Shown: positions 7,714 through 17,961, numbered from the stretch's first letter. The stretch: DNA of 64,000 nucleotides from Planctomycetota bacterium (GCA_031409275.1 JANNXA010000034.1:1-64000); one strand, 5' to 3'. Notes: generated by a model not told the origin, from the letters alone. Made by a program: numbers and translations.

Positions 7714-10700
7714 TCAGAAGTCGACGATCGTCTCGGCGGTGAGGCCCGCCTCGCAGGTGACCGACTTCTGCGGCGCGCCGTTGTCGCGGCCGCCGCGGCC
7801 GTTGGCGTGCACCGTGATGTTCCAGGTGCCGGGAGCGAGGCTGTCGAAGCTCGCGACGCCGTCGCTGTCGGTGAAACCGAATTCGCGGCCGTCAGCGTCA
7901 TTGGTGAGCTGAACGGTGTGGCTGTCGAGCGGTCGTCCGTCCGCCTTCGAGCGCACGGTGACTTTCAGGCGCGCGGCTGCGGGGAGCGAGACCTTCACGT
8001 TCTCGACGTGACCATTGGTCGCCATCTCGAGCACCTCCGAAGTGGCGCCGAGGTGATCGGGATGGCTGAGGCGCAGGCGGTACTTGCCGGCCGGCACCCA
8101 CGGGATGCGGAACGCGCCGCTCGCGGAGCTCGCCACGCGCGTCGCGGAGTCGTCACCGCCGAAGCGCATGGTCCGGTTGCCGCGAATGGGGCCACCGACG
8201 ACATTGAAGGCCATCGTCACGGCGCCGGTCGTGCTCGCGGCCTCGCCGTCGCCCTCGTTCCCCGAGACCCGTTCGAGGTTGACCGTGGCGCCATTGACCG
8301 GTGTCTTGCCATCGGGGCCGACCGCGATCCCCTCGACCACGCCGCCGTCGAGCGCGAAGTCCTGACGCGTTGGCGTGCCGCCCGCGAGCGTCAGACTGAC
8401 GGTCGTGGGGACGAGGCCCTGGGGGTGGCGCACCGAGAGGCTCCACTCGCCCGGATCGAGGTCGGTCAGGCGGTAGCGGCCATCGGCTCCGGTGGTGGCC
8501 TGGTTCGCGGAGCCGCCGAAGATCATCGGCGGTCGACGTCCGTCTCCGCCCTGGTTGGCGCTGACGATGGCGCCGGCGACCGGCCCATCGCTGCACGTGA
8601 CGATCCCTTCGACGATCGGCTTCTCGACCTGCGAGAAGTCGACGCGCACGCTCTTGCCCTCTTCGATGAGGACCTTCTTGCCCTCGTCTTCGCCGTTCCC
8701 GCCTCCAGCGGCCATCGCGAAGACGGCCACCATGTCGTTGCCGCCGCCGCCCTTCGATTCCTCGCGCGTCGCCACCGCCTCGCCGGCGGGGACATGGTCG
8801 ACGCGGTAGTAGCCGTTGGCATCGCTGACGGCGGAGACCGTCACGCTGGAGATCACCCGGCTCGTCACTTCGATGCGATCGCCGGCGCGCGGCGTCCCAT
8901 CGACGTTGACGACGTTGCCTTCGACGCTGCCGCCGCGGGACAGGGCGAAGTCGACGCCGCTCTTCTTCTGACCGACCTCGACCTCGCCCGTGCTGCCGCG
9001 CAGGGTCGCGAAGTCTGCGTGGCTCACTTCGAGATCGAAGGTGCCGGCCGTGAGGTGCTCGAGCTGGTAGCGGCCATCACCGTCGGACTTGGTGCGACCG
9101 ACGCTGCGGCGACCGTCGAAGTTGAAGCGGCCCATTCCGCCGCGACCCCGACCACCGACCCGAATCGCGCGCGAGATGAACGTCGCTGCGCCATCGGCCG
9201 CGGCGGGTAGCTCAGGCTCGTAACCGCGGACCTCGGCATTCGCGACCGGCGCGCCGGTCGGATCGAGGACGCGCCCCTCCACCATCGCGCCGCGCTCGAC
9301 CTCGATGACGACGTCCTCGACGCTCTGCCCTTCCACGACCTTGATCGGCGTCGACTGGCCGCGTGCCGTGCCCTCGGCGCGCGCCATGACGCGGTAGTCG
9401 CCCGGCTCGAGGCCCTCGATCCGGAAGCGGCCATCCTCGCTCGCCTTGTTCTCCGAATCGTCGGTGTCGATCATCCCGAACTGGAAGTTGTCTTCGCCGA
9501 AGTACGGGAGCAGCTGCACCTTCACGTTGCGCGGCGCATCGCTCGATCCCTTGATCCGGACGCTTCCGGCAACGAAGAGCGTCGCACCCAACGTGATGTC
9601 GAGCGTCGAGACCTGAGCCGGATCGATGTTGGGATGGCTGGCGCGCGCGTAGCCCTCGGCGCTCGCGGCGACGTCGTAAGCGATCGCCTTCAGGCCGGTG
9701 ATGGAGTAGCGGCCGTCGTCACCGGTGACGTAGTCCGGTTGCCCGCCGCTGCGGATCATCCGCATCCAATCGCCGTTGTTGACCGCGAAGATCTCGGCGC
9801 CGCCGACCGGTTTGTCGCTGCCGTCCTTGACCACGCCCTTCAACTCGTAGCCGCGCTCGAGGTGCAACATCACTTCGCCGGCGGTCTGCAGCGGTACCAC
9901 TTCGATGGCGTCGGAGACGGCCGCGCAAAGGCCCGATGCGGTCGCCTCGACGACGGCCTTGCCCTTCGGCATGCCGGTCAGCCGGAAACGACCCTCTTCG
10001 TCGCTGGTCGCCTTGCGGTCGCCGCGAGTGCCGAAGCTGAAGTTCATGAAGCGGCGTGTCGGCTCCTCGTCCGGCGCGTCGAGCAGCACGACCTCGGCGC
10101 CGGCGAGTTTCGCGCCGCCCGGTCCGAAGACGAATCCGGTCACCATGCCGCCGGCCTCTAGGGTCAGGCGACCGACGTCGAGACCGCTCGCGGGCAGCAC
10201 CAGGTCGTTGCGCGTCAGCACGACGAAGTCGGGATGGTCGATGCGCAGTTCGAGACCTTCCGAGCGCGCGACCTTCGGCAGCCGGAAGGTGCCGTCCGTC
10301 GCCGTCTTCGCGCTGGTGGTGGGCAGCGGCTCCTCATCGGCGCTGCGTCCGAATGGCAAGCCACGGCCGCCGCGTCCAAATCCACGACCACCGCGTCCAC
10401 GTCCGGCGGCACCACGAGCGCCGCGATTGCCGAGGCTGGCGAGGAAGCCGGGACCGTAGCTGACCTCGGCGCCAGCGACGGGCCGCGCGTTCTCGTCGAC
10501 GACGATGCCCACGAGGTACTCGGCGGTCGGCACGCTCGGGTCGATGGCGGCGGGTGCGCTCGCACCGCTGACGAGCGGCTGCGCGTCGCGCTTCGCGTTG
10601 GGCTGAGCGAGGTTGGTCGCATCGACGGCATCGGGCAGCGACTGCTCGCCCGCCTTGCCGCCACCGCCGGCGATGGTCGGCGCGACGATCTTGTGGTCAT

Positions 10701-10788
10701 TGCCGCCCTTCAGCAGGAAGAAGCCAACCCCGCCGACCGCCGCCAGCGCGATCAACAGCAACGCCAAGCCCTTGCCGGAGTGACTCAT
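7714..10788 (-). CDS. Membrane-anchored protein with tandem carboxypeptidase-regulatory-like (transthyretin/Ig-like) repeats
   Basis: N-terminal TM helix; about 8-9 repeats of G.V.D..G.PV.GA.V...TD.DG.F.L..L..G.Y; RG/GR-rich and GGM/FG-rich inserts. Confidence 0.88.
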   Translation of the reverse strand: MSHSGKGLALLLIALAAVGGVGFFLLKGGNDHKIVAPTIAGGGGKAGEQSLPDAVDATNLAQPNAKRDAQPLVSGASAPAAIDPSVPTAEYLVGIVVDENARPVAGAEVSYGPGFLASLGNRGARGAAGRGRGGRGFGRGGRGLPFGRSADEEPLPTTSAKTATDGTFRLPKVARSEGLELRIDHPDFVVLTRNDLVLPASGLDVGRLTLEAGGMVTGFVFGPGGAKLAGAEVVLLDAPDEEPTRRFMNFSFGTRGDRKATSDEEGRFRLTGMPKGKAVVEATASGLCAAVSDAIEVVPLQTAGEVMLHLERGYELKGVVKDGSDKPVGGAEIFAVNNGDWMRMIRSGGQPDYVTGDDGRYSITGLKAIAYDVAASAEGYARASHPNIDPAQVSTLDITLGATLFVAGSVRIKGSSDAPRNVKVQLLPYFGEDNFQFGMIDTDDSENKASEDGRFRIEGLEPGDYRVMARAEGTARGQSTPIKVVEGQSVEDVVIEVERGAMVEGRVLDPTGAPVANAEVRGYEPELPAAADGAATFISRAIRVGGRGRGGMGRFNFDGRRSVGRTKSDGDGRYQLEHLTAGTFDLEVSHADFATLRGSTGEVEVGQKKSGVDFALSRGGSVEGNVVNVDGTPRAGDRIEVTSRVISSVTVSAVSDANGYYRVDHVPAGEAVATREESKGGGGNDMVAVFAMAAGGGNGEDEGKKVLIEEGKSVRVDFSQVEKPIVEGIVTCSDGPVAGAIVSANQGGDGRRPPMIFGGSANQATTGADGRYRLTDLDPGEWSLSVRHPQGLVPTTVSLTLAGGTPTRQDFALDGGVVEGIAVGPDGKTPVNGATVNLERVSGNEGDGEAASTTGAVTMAFNVVGGPIRGNRTMRFGGDDSATRVASSASGAFRIPWVPAGKYRLRLSHPDHLGATSEVLEMATNGHVENVKVSLPAAARLKVTVRSKADGRPLDSHTVQLTNDADGREFGFTDSDGVASFDSLAPGTWNITVHANGRGGRDNGAPQKSVTCEAGLTAETIVDF

Positions 10789-10925
10789 CGTGCGATCCTT
10801 CTTCCCGCTCGCGCCTTCTTCCTGCTCAGGGCCGCGCACGGAAGCGTGCGAACCCGGCGGCAGAGGAAGCGCAGAGTACGTCCGGAATCACGCCGGTGTT
10901 GGCTCGCCGACAGAATGGACGCGTC

Positions 10926-11663
10926 ATGGATCCGTCATCCAACCGTTTCCCGCTCACTCACCCCTCCGTCGTGATGGCGGTTCGCAGCGCCGACGCCCCG
11001 CAGCGACAGCGCGCGTGGGAGCGCCTCGTCGAGTCGTACTGGAAGCCGGTCTACAAGTACCTCCGCCTGCAATGGCGCGCCGATGTCGAGCAGGCCAGCG
11101 ATTGGACGCAGGAGTTCTTCGCGCGAGCGCTGGAGAAGGGCTTCTTCGATCGCTTCGATCCGACCCGCGCCCGGTTCCGCACGTTCCTGCGCGTGTGTGT
11201 CGATGGGTTCGTCGGCAAGGAGCGCGAGGCGGCGCGGCGCCAGAAACGGGGCGGCGGTGTCGCGCCGCTCTCGCTCGACTTCACGACGGCCGAGGGCGAG
11301 CTCGTCGGCCTCGAGCCACCGGCGCCCGAAGCGATGGACGACTACTTCCACCGCGAGTGGATGAAGAGCCTGTTCGAGGGCGCACTGCAGGAGCTGGAAA
11401 GGAAGTGCGCCGCCGCCGGAAAGGAGGCGCTCTATCGACTGTTGGTTCGTTACGACCTCGAAGCCGAAGGGCGCGTCGAGAAGCTGTCGTATGCAGAAGT
11501 CGGGCGTGAGCTTGACTTGTCGGTGACGCAGGTGACCAACGGCCTCCATTCGATTCGCTCGCAGTTGCGCGAGATCGTCCTGGCGCGGCTGCGCGAACTT
11601 TGCGGCGACGACGACGAGTTCCGGGCCGAGGCGCGCGCGCTGCTGGGAGTCGATCCGCGATGA
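10926..11663 (+). CDS. ECF-type RNA polymerase sigma-70 factor (kinase-associated type)
   Basis: FPLTHPSVV N-terminal motif; region 2 AWERLVESYWKPVYKYLR...TQEFF...RFRTFL; region 4 SYAEVGRELDLSVTQV. Confidence 0.9.
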   Translation: MDPSSNRFPLTHPSVVMAVRSADAPQRQRAWERLVESYWKPVYKYLRLQWRADVEQASDWTQEFFARALEKGFFDRFDPTRARFRTFLRVCVDGFVGKEREAARRQKRGGGVAPLSLDFTTAEGELVGLEPPAPEAMDDYFHREWMKSLFEGALQELERKCAAAGKEALYRLLVRYDLEAEGRVEKLSYAEVGRELDLSVTQVTNGLHSIRSQLREIVLARLRELCGDDDEFRAEARALLGVDPR

Positions 11664-12616
11664 GCCAGCCGCCTTCGCGCGCGAACTCGCTCTCCGATGC
11701 CGCGCTCGATCGGCTGCGGGCGGTGCTCGACGAGCCCGATCTGAGCGGTACCCGTTACGAGCTGCGCGAGTCGCTGGGCCGTGGCGGCATGGGCACCGTG
11801 TGGCGCGCGTTCGATCGCGAACTGGCGCGCGACGTCGCGCTCAAGGTGTTGGACGAGCCGTGCCCCGAGGCGGCGGCGGCCGTGAGCCAGCGTCTGCTCG
11901 ACGAAGCGCGCGTGCTGGCGCGGCTCGAGCATCCCGGGATCGTGCCGGTGCATGACGTCGGCACGCTGCCCGATGGCCGGGTGTGGGTGGCGATGAAGCA
12001 GGTGCGCGGCGAGCGACTCGATCAGCGCATCGCTGCCGGTCTCGACGAGGCGCAGCGCCATCGGATCTTCGCGCGTCTGTGTGAAACCGTCGCGTTCGCC
12101 CATTCGCGCGGCGTGGTGCATCGCGACCTGAAACCACAGAACCTGATGATCGGCGAATTCGGCGAGGTGCTGGTGCTCGACTGGGGACTGGCTGTCGCGA
12201 TCGAAAGCCCCGGCGAAGGACGCGGCCGCGCCGGGACTCCCGGCTGGATGGCGCCCGAGCAGACGGCCGGCGGCGGAGTCGACGCGCGTACCGATCTCTT
12301 CGCGCTCGGGCGGCTGCTCGACGCCCTGTGGGCCGGCGACGCGGGCGAGGGCGGTGGCCGGCCGCTGCGCGCGATCGTCGCGAAGGCGACGGCGGCCGAC
12401 CCTGCCGCGCGCTACGCCTCCGCGGTCGAACTTGCGGCCGACGTGGCGCGCTGGCAGGTCGGCGCGGCGGTCCTCGCGCTGCCGGAAGGGTGGCGCGAGA
12501 AGCTCGCCCGCCACTACCGCCGCTGTCGCGCGGCGTACTGGCTGATCGGCACGTACGTGGCGCTGAGGCTCCTGTTCGAACTGTGGCGATCGCATGGGGC
12601 CGACGCGTCGCGGTGA
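11660..12616 (+). CDS. Hanks-type Ser/Thr protein kinase with single C-terminal TM helix
   Basis: LGRGGMGTVW, VALK, HRDLKPQN, DWGLA, GTPGWMAPEQ; ATGA overlap with the sigma factor stop codon. Confidence 0.93.
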   Translation: MSQPPSRANSLSDAALDRLRAVLDEPDLSGTRYELRESLGRGGMGTVWRAFDRELARDVALKVLDEPCPEAAAAVSQRLLDEARVLARLEHPGIVPVHDVGTLPDGRVWVAMKQVRGERLDQRIAAGLDEAQRHRIFARLCETVAFAHSRGVVHRDLKPQNLMIGEFGEVLVLDWGLAVAIESPGEGRGRAGTPGWMAPEQTAGGGVDARTDLFALGRLLDALWAGDAGEGGGRPLRAIVAKATAADPAARYASAVELAADVARWQVGAAVLALPEGWREKLARHYRRCRAAYWLIGTYVALRLLFELWRSHGADASR

Positions 12617-12644
12617 GCCGCGCCGCGCTGGCCGTGACCGCGAG

Positions 12645-13484
12645 TCAACTCGGCGGCGGCATCACCAGCACGTCGGTGGCGGCGGCGCGCACGACGTAGT
12701 CGGCGGTGCTGCCGAGCAGCATGCGATGCAGCCCTCCGCGCGCGTGCGTCCCCATCACGATGACGTCGGCGTCATGGAACTTCGCGATCTCGATGATGCG
12801 CCGCCGCGGATCGCGCGCGGTGGCGATGGAGCACTTCACTCGTTCGGACGGGAGGCCGGCCGCTGTCGCGAGCTGTTCGAGCCGGAGCTGCATCGACGCC
12901 GTCTCCGCTTTCGACTCCGAGCTCGAATTCCGATGGTTGCGCCGTCCGGCTGCGGCCGGGATGCAATGGACGAGGAGGAACTTCGCGTTGGGGAAGAACT
13001 CCTTCGCCAGCTGCAACAGGCGCGGGGTCGACTCGCCGAGATCGACCGGCACCAGCACGGTGCGGTAGCGACGGCTCGCGCTGCTGCGCGCGAGGAGGAC
13101 GGAGCAATGGACGCTGCGCAACACCCGCTCGGCGGTGGAGCCGACCAGGAAACCCTCCAGCGAGTGTTTCGACTGGTGGATGCCGACCACGATCGCGCGC
13201 GCGCTCTCGGTCTCGGCGGCTCGCGCCAGCTCCTCATGGGGAGCGCCAACACGCACGAGGTGGGTGCGCACGGCGGTGGCGCCGCCGCCGTTCATCTCCA
13301 GGGTCTCCATCGCCTCGGCGGTTCGCTCGTCCCGCTCGCCATGCGAGATGTGCGCAGCGTTCACGACGTGCGTGGTGACCAGTCGCAGCCCGAGTTGATC
13401 GGCGAGCTGGCTGGCGCGCGCCACCGCGCGGTTGCCGTTGCGGCTGAAGTCAGTGCCGACCACGATCGAAGGCGTCGGTGCCAC
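12645..13484 (-). CDS. Universal stress protein (two USP domains)
   Basis: IVVGTDFS...GSTAERVLR and VLVPVDL...IVMGTHARGGLHRMLLGSTADYVVR; GTG at 13484 after GAGGAGG. Confidence 0.9.
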   Translation of the reverse strand: MAPTPSIVVGTDFSRNGNRAVARASQLADQLGLRLVTTHVVNAAHISHGERDERTAEAMETLEMNGGGATAVRTHLVRVGAPHEELARAAETESARAIVVGIHQSKHSLEGFLVGSTAERVLRSVHCSVLLARSSASRRYRTVLVPVDLGESTPRLLQLAKEFFPNAKFLLVHCIPAAAGRRNHRNSSSESKAETASMQLRLEQLATAAGLPSERVKCSIATARDPRRRIIEIAKFHDADVIVMGTHARGGLHRMLLGSTADYVVRAAATDVLVMPPPS

Positions 13485-13749
13485 GGCGATCCTCCTCGAA
13501 CGGTTGAGAGGGTTTCCCAGCGCGCAGGGTGAACTCCACCACCCACGGAAGGGGACGGAGCGCACCACGGGCGGAGGCGGGCGAAGGAGTCCGCCGGGAC
13601 GAATCCACCGCACGGCGCGTTCCGAATGGTGCTTCGGCCAGTTCTGGCCTACCTTGCGCTCGCCCAACCGCTCGCGGCAAAGGACGCGCAGCCTTCGCGG
13701 AAGAGGGCGCTGGCCAGCGATTCGAACAGGAACCAACGGAGCGACTGCA

Positions 13750-14127
13750 ATGAACAAAGCGCTGCTGGGTCTGACTCTGGGGGCTGCGCTTGGACTCGTC
13801 GACGGCTTGTCGGCGGGCTTCTATCCCAAGGTGTTGGAGGTCGAAGGCAAGCTGCGCTTCATCGCGCTCGCCTCGTGCGGCAAGGGGCTCGTCGCCGGCG
13901 TGATCATCGGTCTCCTCGCGCGCAAGCTCCGCAACGTGCCGTTGGGGACGCTGCTTGGGCTCGTCGTCGCGGCGCTGGTCACGTTGCCGGTCGCGGTGGG
14001 CTACGACCCCGACCTCGGCAAGACGCCCTTCTGGGAGATCATGATTCCCGGGTCGATCTGCGGTGCGATCGTCGGTTTCGCGACGCAGCGCTACGGTGCT
14101 GCGCCGACCGCCGGGGTGCCGGCGTGA
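13750..14127 (+). CDS. Small four-TM membrane protein
   Basis: Four Gly-rich hydrophobic segments; ATG at 13750 with GGAG upstream. Confidence 0.75.
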   Translation: MNKALLGLTLGAALGLVDGLSAGFYPKVLEVEGKLRFIALASCGKGLVAGVIIGLLARKLRNVPLGTLLGLVVAALVTLPVAVGYDPDLGKTPFWEIMIPGSICGAIVGFATQRYGAAPTAGVPA

Positions 14128-14177
14128 ACGCACAGGCGGTTGGATCGCAGCGCTTCCATCACTTTTCGAGAGATGCC

Positions 14178-14750
14178 ATGTCGACTCGCGTCCTGCTCCG
14201 TTCCATTCGCGCCACCGCGCTCGCCGCGTTGGCGCTGCTCCCGGCTTGCCGCGCCACCATCGATGGCAAGACGGACGGCCAGGTCGATGCGCTCGCCGCC
14301 TTCGCGCGGCTGAAGGGCCTGGCCGGTGACTACCAGGTCACCATCGACGGCATGCCGGCGCCGACCACGGTGAGCTACGAATCGGTGTCGGGTGGCCATG
14401 CGTTGCTCGAGCGGCTCAACGTCGGCGCGCCGGAGGAAATGGTGTCGCTCTACTTCCTCGAAGGACGCGACCTCGCGATGGTCCATTACTGTGGCATCGG
14501 CAATCGGCCGCACCTGCGCCTCGATCGCACGCAGTCGACCATCGATCGCATGGTCTTCGTCTACGACCCGACCACCACCGGCATCGAGGCGGCGCACGAC
14601 CCCCACATCCACGGCGCCATCTTCAAGTTCGTCGACGCCGACACGATCGACGTGGAGTGGGAGTTCTTCGCGAACGGCGCGTCGCAGAACAAGAAGGTCT
14701 TCCCGTTGCGCCGCAGCGCGGGCAGCTACACCCCGCCAGCGAACCACTGA
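14178..14750 (+). CDS. Hypothetical lipoprotein (beta-barrel-like)
   Basis: Lipobox LPAC; AFARLKGLAGDY...EEMVSLY...MVHYCGIGNRPHL...HIH pattern seen in conserved hypothetical proteins. Confidence 0.75.
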   Translation: MSTRVLLRSIRATALAALALLPACRATIDGKTDGQVDALAAFARLKGLAGDYQVTIDGMPAPTTVSYESVSGGHALLERLNVGAPEEMVSLYFLEGRDLAMVHYCGIGNRPHLRLDRTQSTIDRMVFVYDPTTTGIEAAHDPHIHGAIFKFVDADTIDVEWEFFANGASQNKKVFPLRRSAGSYTPPANH

Positions 14751-14762
14751 AGGAACGAATCG

Positions 14763-15323
14763 ATGGCAACCCCCGAGCAAGGCATGCAGTCGATGATCGA
14801 GAACCTCGCCGCGAAGAGCGGCAAGGCGCTGCCGGAGTGGATCAAGATCGCGCGCGGCAGCGGCAAGACGAAGCACGGCGAGATCGTGAAGTTCCTGAAG
14901 GAGCAGCACGAGATCGGCCACGGCTACGCCAACCTGATCGCGCAGGAAGCGCTGAAGGCCGACGGCGCCGCGGAGCCGAGCGGCGATGCACTGATCGACG
15001 CGCAGTACGACGGCAAGAAGGCGGCGCTGCGGCCGCTTTGCGATGCGCTCATCGCCGCTGCGAAGAAGCTCGGCAGCGACGTCGAGGTCGCGCCGAAGAA
15101 GACGAGCGTCAGCCTGCGCCGCAAGAAGCAGTTCGCGCTGATCGAGGCGGCCACGGCGACGCGCGTCGATCTCGGCCTGCAGCTGAAGGGCGTCGCGGTC
15201 GCGGGCCGCCTCGAGAAGTACAAGAGCACGATGTGCACCCACCTCGTGCGGCTCGAGTCGCCCGCGCAGCTCGACGCCGAACTGAAGCGCTGGTTGAAGC
15301 AGGCCTACGAAGCGGCGGGGTGA
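14763..15323 (+). CDS. DUF4287/DUF5655 domain protein
   Basis: MIENLAAKSGK...KHGEIVKFLKEQHEIGHGYAN; APKKTSVSLRRKKQFA; WLKQAYE. Confidence 0.88.
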   Translation: MATPEQGMQSMIENLAAKSGKALPEWIKIARGSGKTKHGEIVKFLKEQHEIGHGYANLIAQEALKADGAAEPSGDALIDAQYDGKKAALRPLCDALIAAAKKLGSDVEVAPKKTSVSLRRKKQFALIEAATATRVDLGLQLKGVAVAGRLEKYKSTMCTHLVRLESPAQLDAELKRWLKQAYEAAG

Positions 15324-15404
15324 GCGCCGCGCCGTCGGGGATCGGGCGCCCGCCGGTGAAGAGCGCGCCGGACGTCGGCATGATGCGCGGCTCCCCGAGT
15401 CGCC

Positions 15405-16184
15405 ATGGAGATCCCGATGCGTCGCACGTTCTACCTCGGTGGTCTGCTCGCTCTGGCGGTCGCTGCGCTGGTCGCGCGGCCCGCCGCCGCCGTGCAGGCC
15501 GCAGCCGTGCAGGCCGCAGCCGCCAACCCCGCGACCACTCCGGTCGCGCGCGCCGACGAATGGTGGCAGCAGCGCCATGCCGCGATGAACGAGCAGGTGA
15601 AGCAGGGCAAGGTCGACCTGCTCTTCCTCGGCGACTCGATCACCCAGGGTTGGGAGGGAGACGGCGCGAAGCTGTGGGCGCAGCGTTACGCACCGCGCAA
15701 GGCGGTGAATCTCGGCATCAGCGGTGACCAGACCGAGCACCTGCTGTGGCGCCTGCAGAACGGCAACCTCGCCGGCATCGCGCCGAAGGCGGCCGTCGTG
15801 ATGATCGGCACCAACAACGTCGGGAACACCGGCGGAACTCACAGTGCCGAGCAGATCGCGGCGGGCGTGAAAGCGTCGCTCGACGAACTCGCCAAGCAGG
15901 CGCCCAAGTGCAAGGTGCTGCTGCTCGCGATCTTCCCGCGCGCCGATCCAGGCGATGCGATGCGCACCAAGATCGCCGCCATCAACGCGCAGCTCGCCAA
16001 GTACGCCGCCGCCGAGCCGGCGCGCCTCGTCTACCTCGACCTCGGTCCGAAGTTCCTCGCCGCCGACGGCTCGCTCCCGGCCGACGTGATGCCCGACAAG
16101 CTCCACCTCTCGGAGAAGGGCTACACGATCTGGTCCGACGCGATCGAGGGCGAGCTGAAGAAGCTGATGGGGGAGAGCCGCTGA
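15405..16184 (+). CDS. SGNH/GDSL hydrolase (PAF-acetylhydrolase Ib-like), secreted
   Basis: FLGDSITQGW, NLGISGD, IGTNN, PDKLH. Alternative start at 15417. Confidence 0.92.
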   Translation: MEIPMRRTFYLGGLLALAVAALVARPAAAVQAAAVQAAAANPATTPVARADEWWQQRHAAMNEQVKQGKVDLLFLGDSITQGWEGDGAKLWAQRYAPRKAVNLGISGDQTEHLLWRLQNGNLAGIAPKAAVVMIGTNNVGNTGGTHSAEQIAAGVKASLDELAKQAPKCKVLLLAIFPRADPGDAMRTKIAAINAQLAKYAAAEPARLVYLDLGPKFLAADGSLPADVMPDKLHLSEKGYTIWSDAIEGELKKLMGESR

Positions 16185-17206
16185 TGGCCGACGCGGCCCC
16201 CGCGGGGAGCGTCCGGCACCAGCGGCCGGAGCGGCCGGCGGGGCTCGCCGCGGTGCCGATCGCCGACCTCGCCGCCGAGCTGCTCCATCGCCTGGTCGAG
16301 GCGGCGGCCTCGCCTCGGCTGATCGGCGAGGCGGACGTCCGGCTCGGGCTCCTGCTGGCGCGCGAGCTCGAGGCGCGGCTCGACGTCCACCAGAACCGGT
16401 CGTCGCGAACGCGCTACCACGACCTCTTCGAGAACTTCCACCGCTCGATCGCGCCGCTCCGGCCGCCGCTCGAAGGGTCGACCTGGGTCGATCTCGGCTG
16501 CGGCGCGGTCAACCCGTTCGGCGCGCTCTTCCTCTTCCTCGCGCTCGGCGCGCGGCGCGGGATCGCGCTCGACGTCGACGGCGTGCAGGACGTCGCGGAG
16601 TCGGCGCGCGCATTGGCCGATCTCGCCGCGCTGCTGCTGGTCGACCCGAGCGGCGTCGTCGGCGACCATCCGATCGAGCGCGAGGCGCTGCTGCGCCACC
16701 TCGCGGGCTTCGATCTCGCGAAGCTGCGCGCCGGCGACCCGGCCGGCATCGCCGCGGAGCGCCTGGTTCATCGCCGCGACTCGGTCCACGCGCTGTCGCT
16801 GCAGGACGGCGAAGCGGACGTGGTGATGAGCAACGCCTTCCTCGAGCACATCGATCGGGTCGAGGTGGCGGTCGACGAGTTGGCGCGCGTGACGCGACGC
16901 GGCGGCTTCGGCATCCACGTCATCGATGGGCGCGACCATCGCTCCATCGAGGACGGGGCGGTCCATCGCCTCGAGTTCCTGCGCGAGCCGGGCGGTGCCG
17001 GGCTGCGCCACGGCTGCAATCGGCTGCGGCCGCTCGAGTTCGCCCGCCTCTTCGAGCAGCGCGGCTTCGCCGTCCTGCAGGTGGTCGAGTTCGAGCGAAT
17101 CGCCGTCGACCCCGCCACCGTCGCGAGCCTCGCCGAGCCGTACCGCTCGCTCCCGCAGGAGGCGCTGGCCGTGACGCAGGCGAAGCTGGTGGTGCAGCGG
17201 AACTGA
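16184..17206 (+). CDS. Class I SAM-dependent methyltransferase
   Basis: WVDLGCG motif I; ADVVMSNAFLEHI; ELARVTRRGG; start overlaps the upstream stop (TGATG). Confidence 0.8.
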   Translation: MADAAPAGSVRHQRPERPAGLAAVPIADLAAELLHRLVEAAASPRLIGEADVRLGLLLARELEARLDVHQNRSSRTRYHDLFENFHRSIAPLRPPLEGSTWVDLGCGAVNPFGALFLFLALGARRGIALDVDGVQDVAESARALADLAALLLVDPSGVVGDHPIEREALLRHLAGFDLAKLRAGDPAGIAAERLVHRRDSVHALSLQDGEADVVMSNAFLEHIDRVEVAVDELARVTRRGGFGIHVIDGRDHRSIEDGAVHRLEFLREPGGAGLRHGCNRLRPLEFARLFEQRGFAVLQVVEFERIAVDPATVASLAEPYRSLPQEALAVTQAKLVVQRN

Positions 17207-17282
17207 GGCGGAGCCGGGCGAGTGGTGCGGAGCGCTCGCACGCGGCTCGCATCGATGACGATCCGAATCGAGGGCTCTTGCC

Positions 17283-17936
17283 ATGCGAACTCCGTTCCTT
17301 GCCGTCCTCCTCCCCGCGCTCCTCGCGTCGACGCTCGTCGCGTTCGCGGCGCGTCCCGCCTCGCCCGTGCAGCAGGTGAGCGGCGGGCACGACCACGATC
17401 GGCGGTCGTCGAGCGTCTTCGTGTCGAGCGAGCAGTTCGAGACGCTCGCCGCGGTGTCGATCGGCTACGGCGCGGCGCCCTGGCGCGACGGCTACGACGC
17501 GACGATCGACGCGCTGCGCGGCAGCCACTACTCGCGGCTCGGCAACGGCTGGTGGACCACGTTCGACACGATCGGAGCGGTCGAGATCGGTGGCACGCGC
17601 CTCGAGGCGGGCAGCTACTACCTGGGGCTCGCCGTCGACGCGGAAGGCGCCTTCAGCCTGCTCTTCTACGACAGCGCGCAGGCGATGAAGGCGCGGCTGC
17701 TGCCCGGCACGACCGCGCTCTACACGGGCGGGGCGCAGCCCGAGGCGAGCGCCCCGCTCGCCTTCGCCCGCGACTCGCTGAAGGAGCCGCCGGCCGCCCT
17801 CGCGATCGCGATCGCCGCCGATCCGCAGGCGCCGACCACCGGCAAGCTCTCGATCCGCTGGGGCACGCACGAGCTGTCGGCGCCCGTCCGTTTCGACCTC
17901 GCGGGCGCGAAGGGGGCCGGCGGCGAGAAGAAGTAG
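17283..17936 (+). CDS. DUF2911-like secreted protein
   Basis: Signal peptide; VSIGYGAAPWR, RLGNGWWTTFDT, LEAGSY, LSIRWG. Confidence 0.7.
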   Translation: MRTPFLAVLLPALLASTLVAFAARPASPVQQVSGGHDHDRRSSSVFVSSEQFETLAAVSIGYGAAPWRDGYDATIDALRGSHYSRLGNGWWTTFDTIGAVEIGGTRLEAGSYYLGLAVDAEGAFSLLFYDSAQAMKARLLPGTTALYTGGAQPEASAPLAFARDSLKEPPAALAIAIAADPQAPTTGKLSIRWGTHELSAPVRFDLAGAKGAGGEKK

Positions 17937-17961
17937 CGCTTGCGAGTCTCGCTCACCCCGC

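Noticed and set aside
15489..15518. 15-bp tandem repeat gccgtgcaggccgca x2
   Set aside because: In-frame duplication in an Ala-rich linker after the signal peptide; no sign of phase variation.
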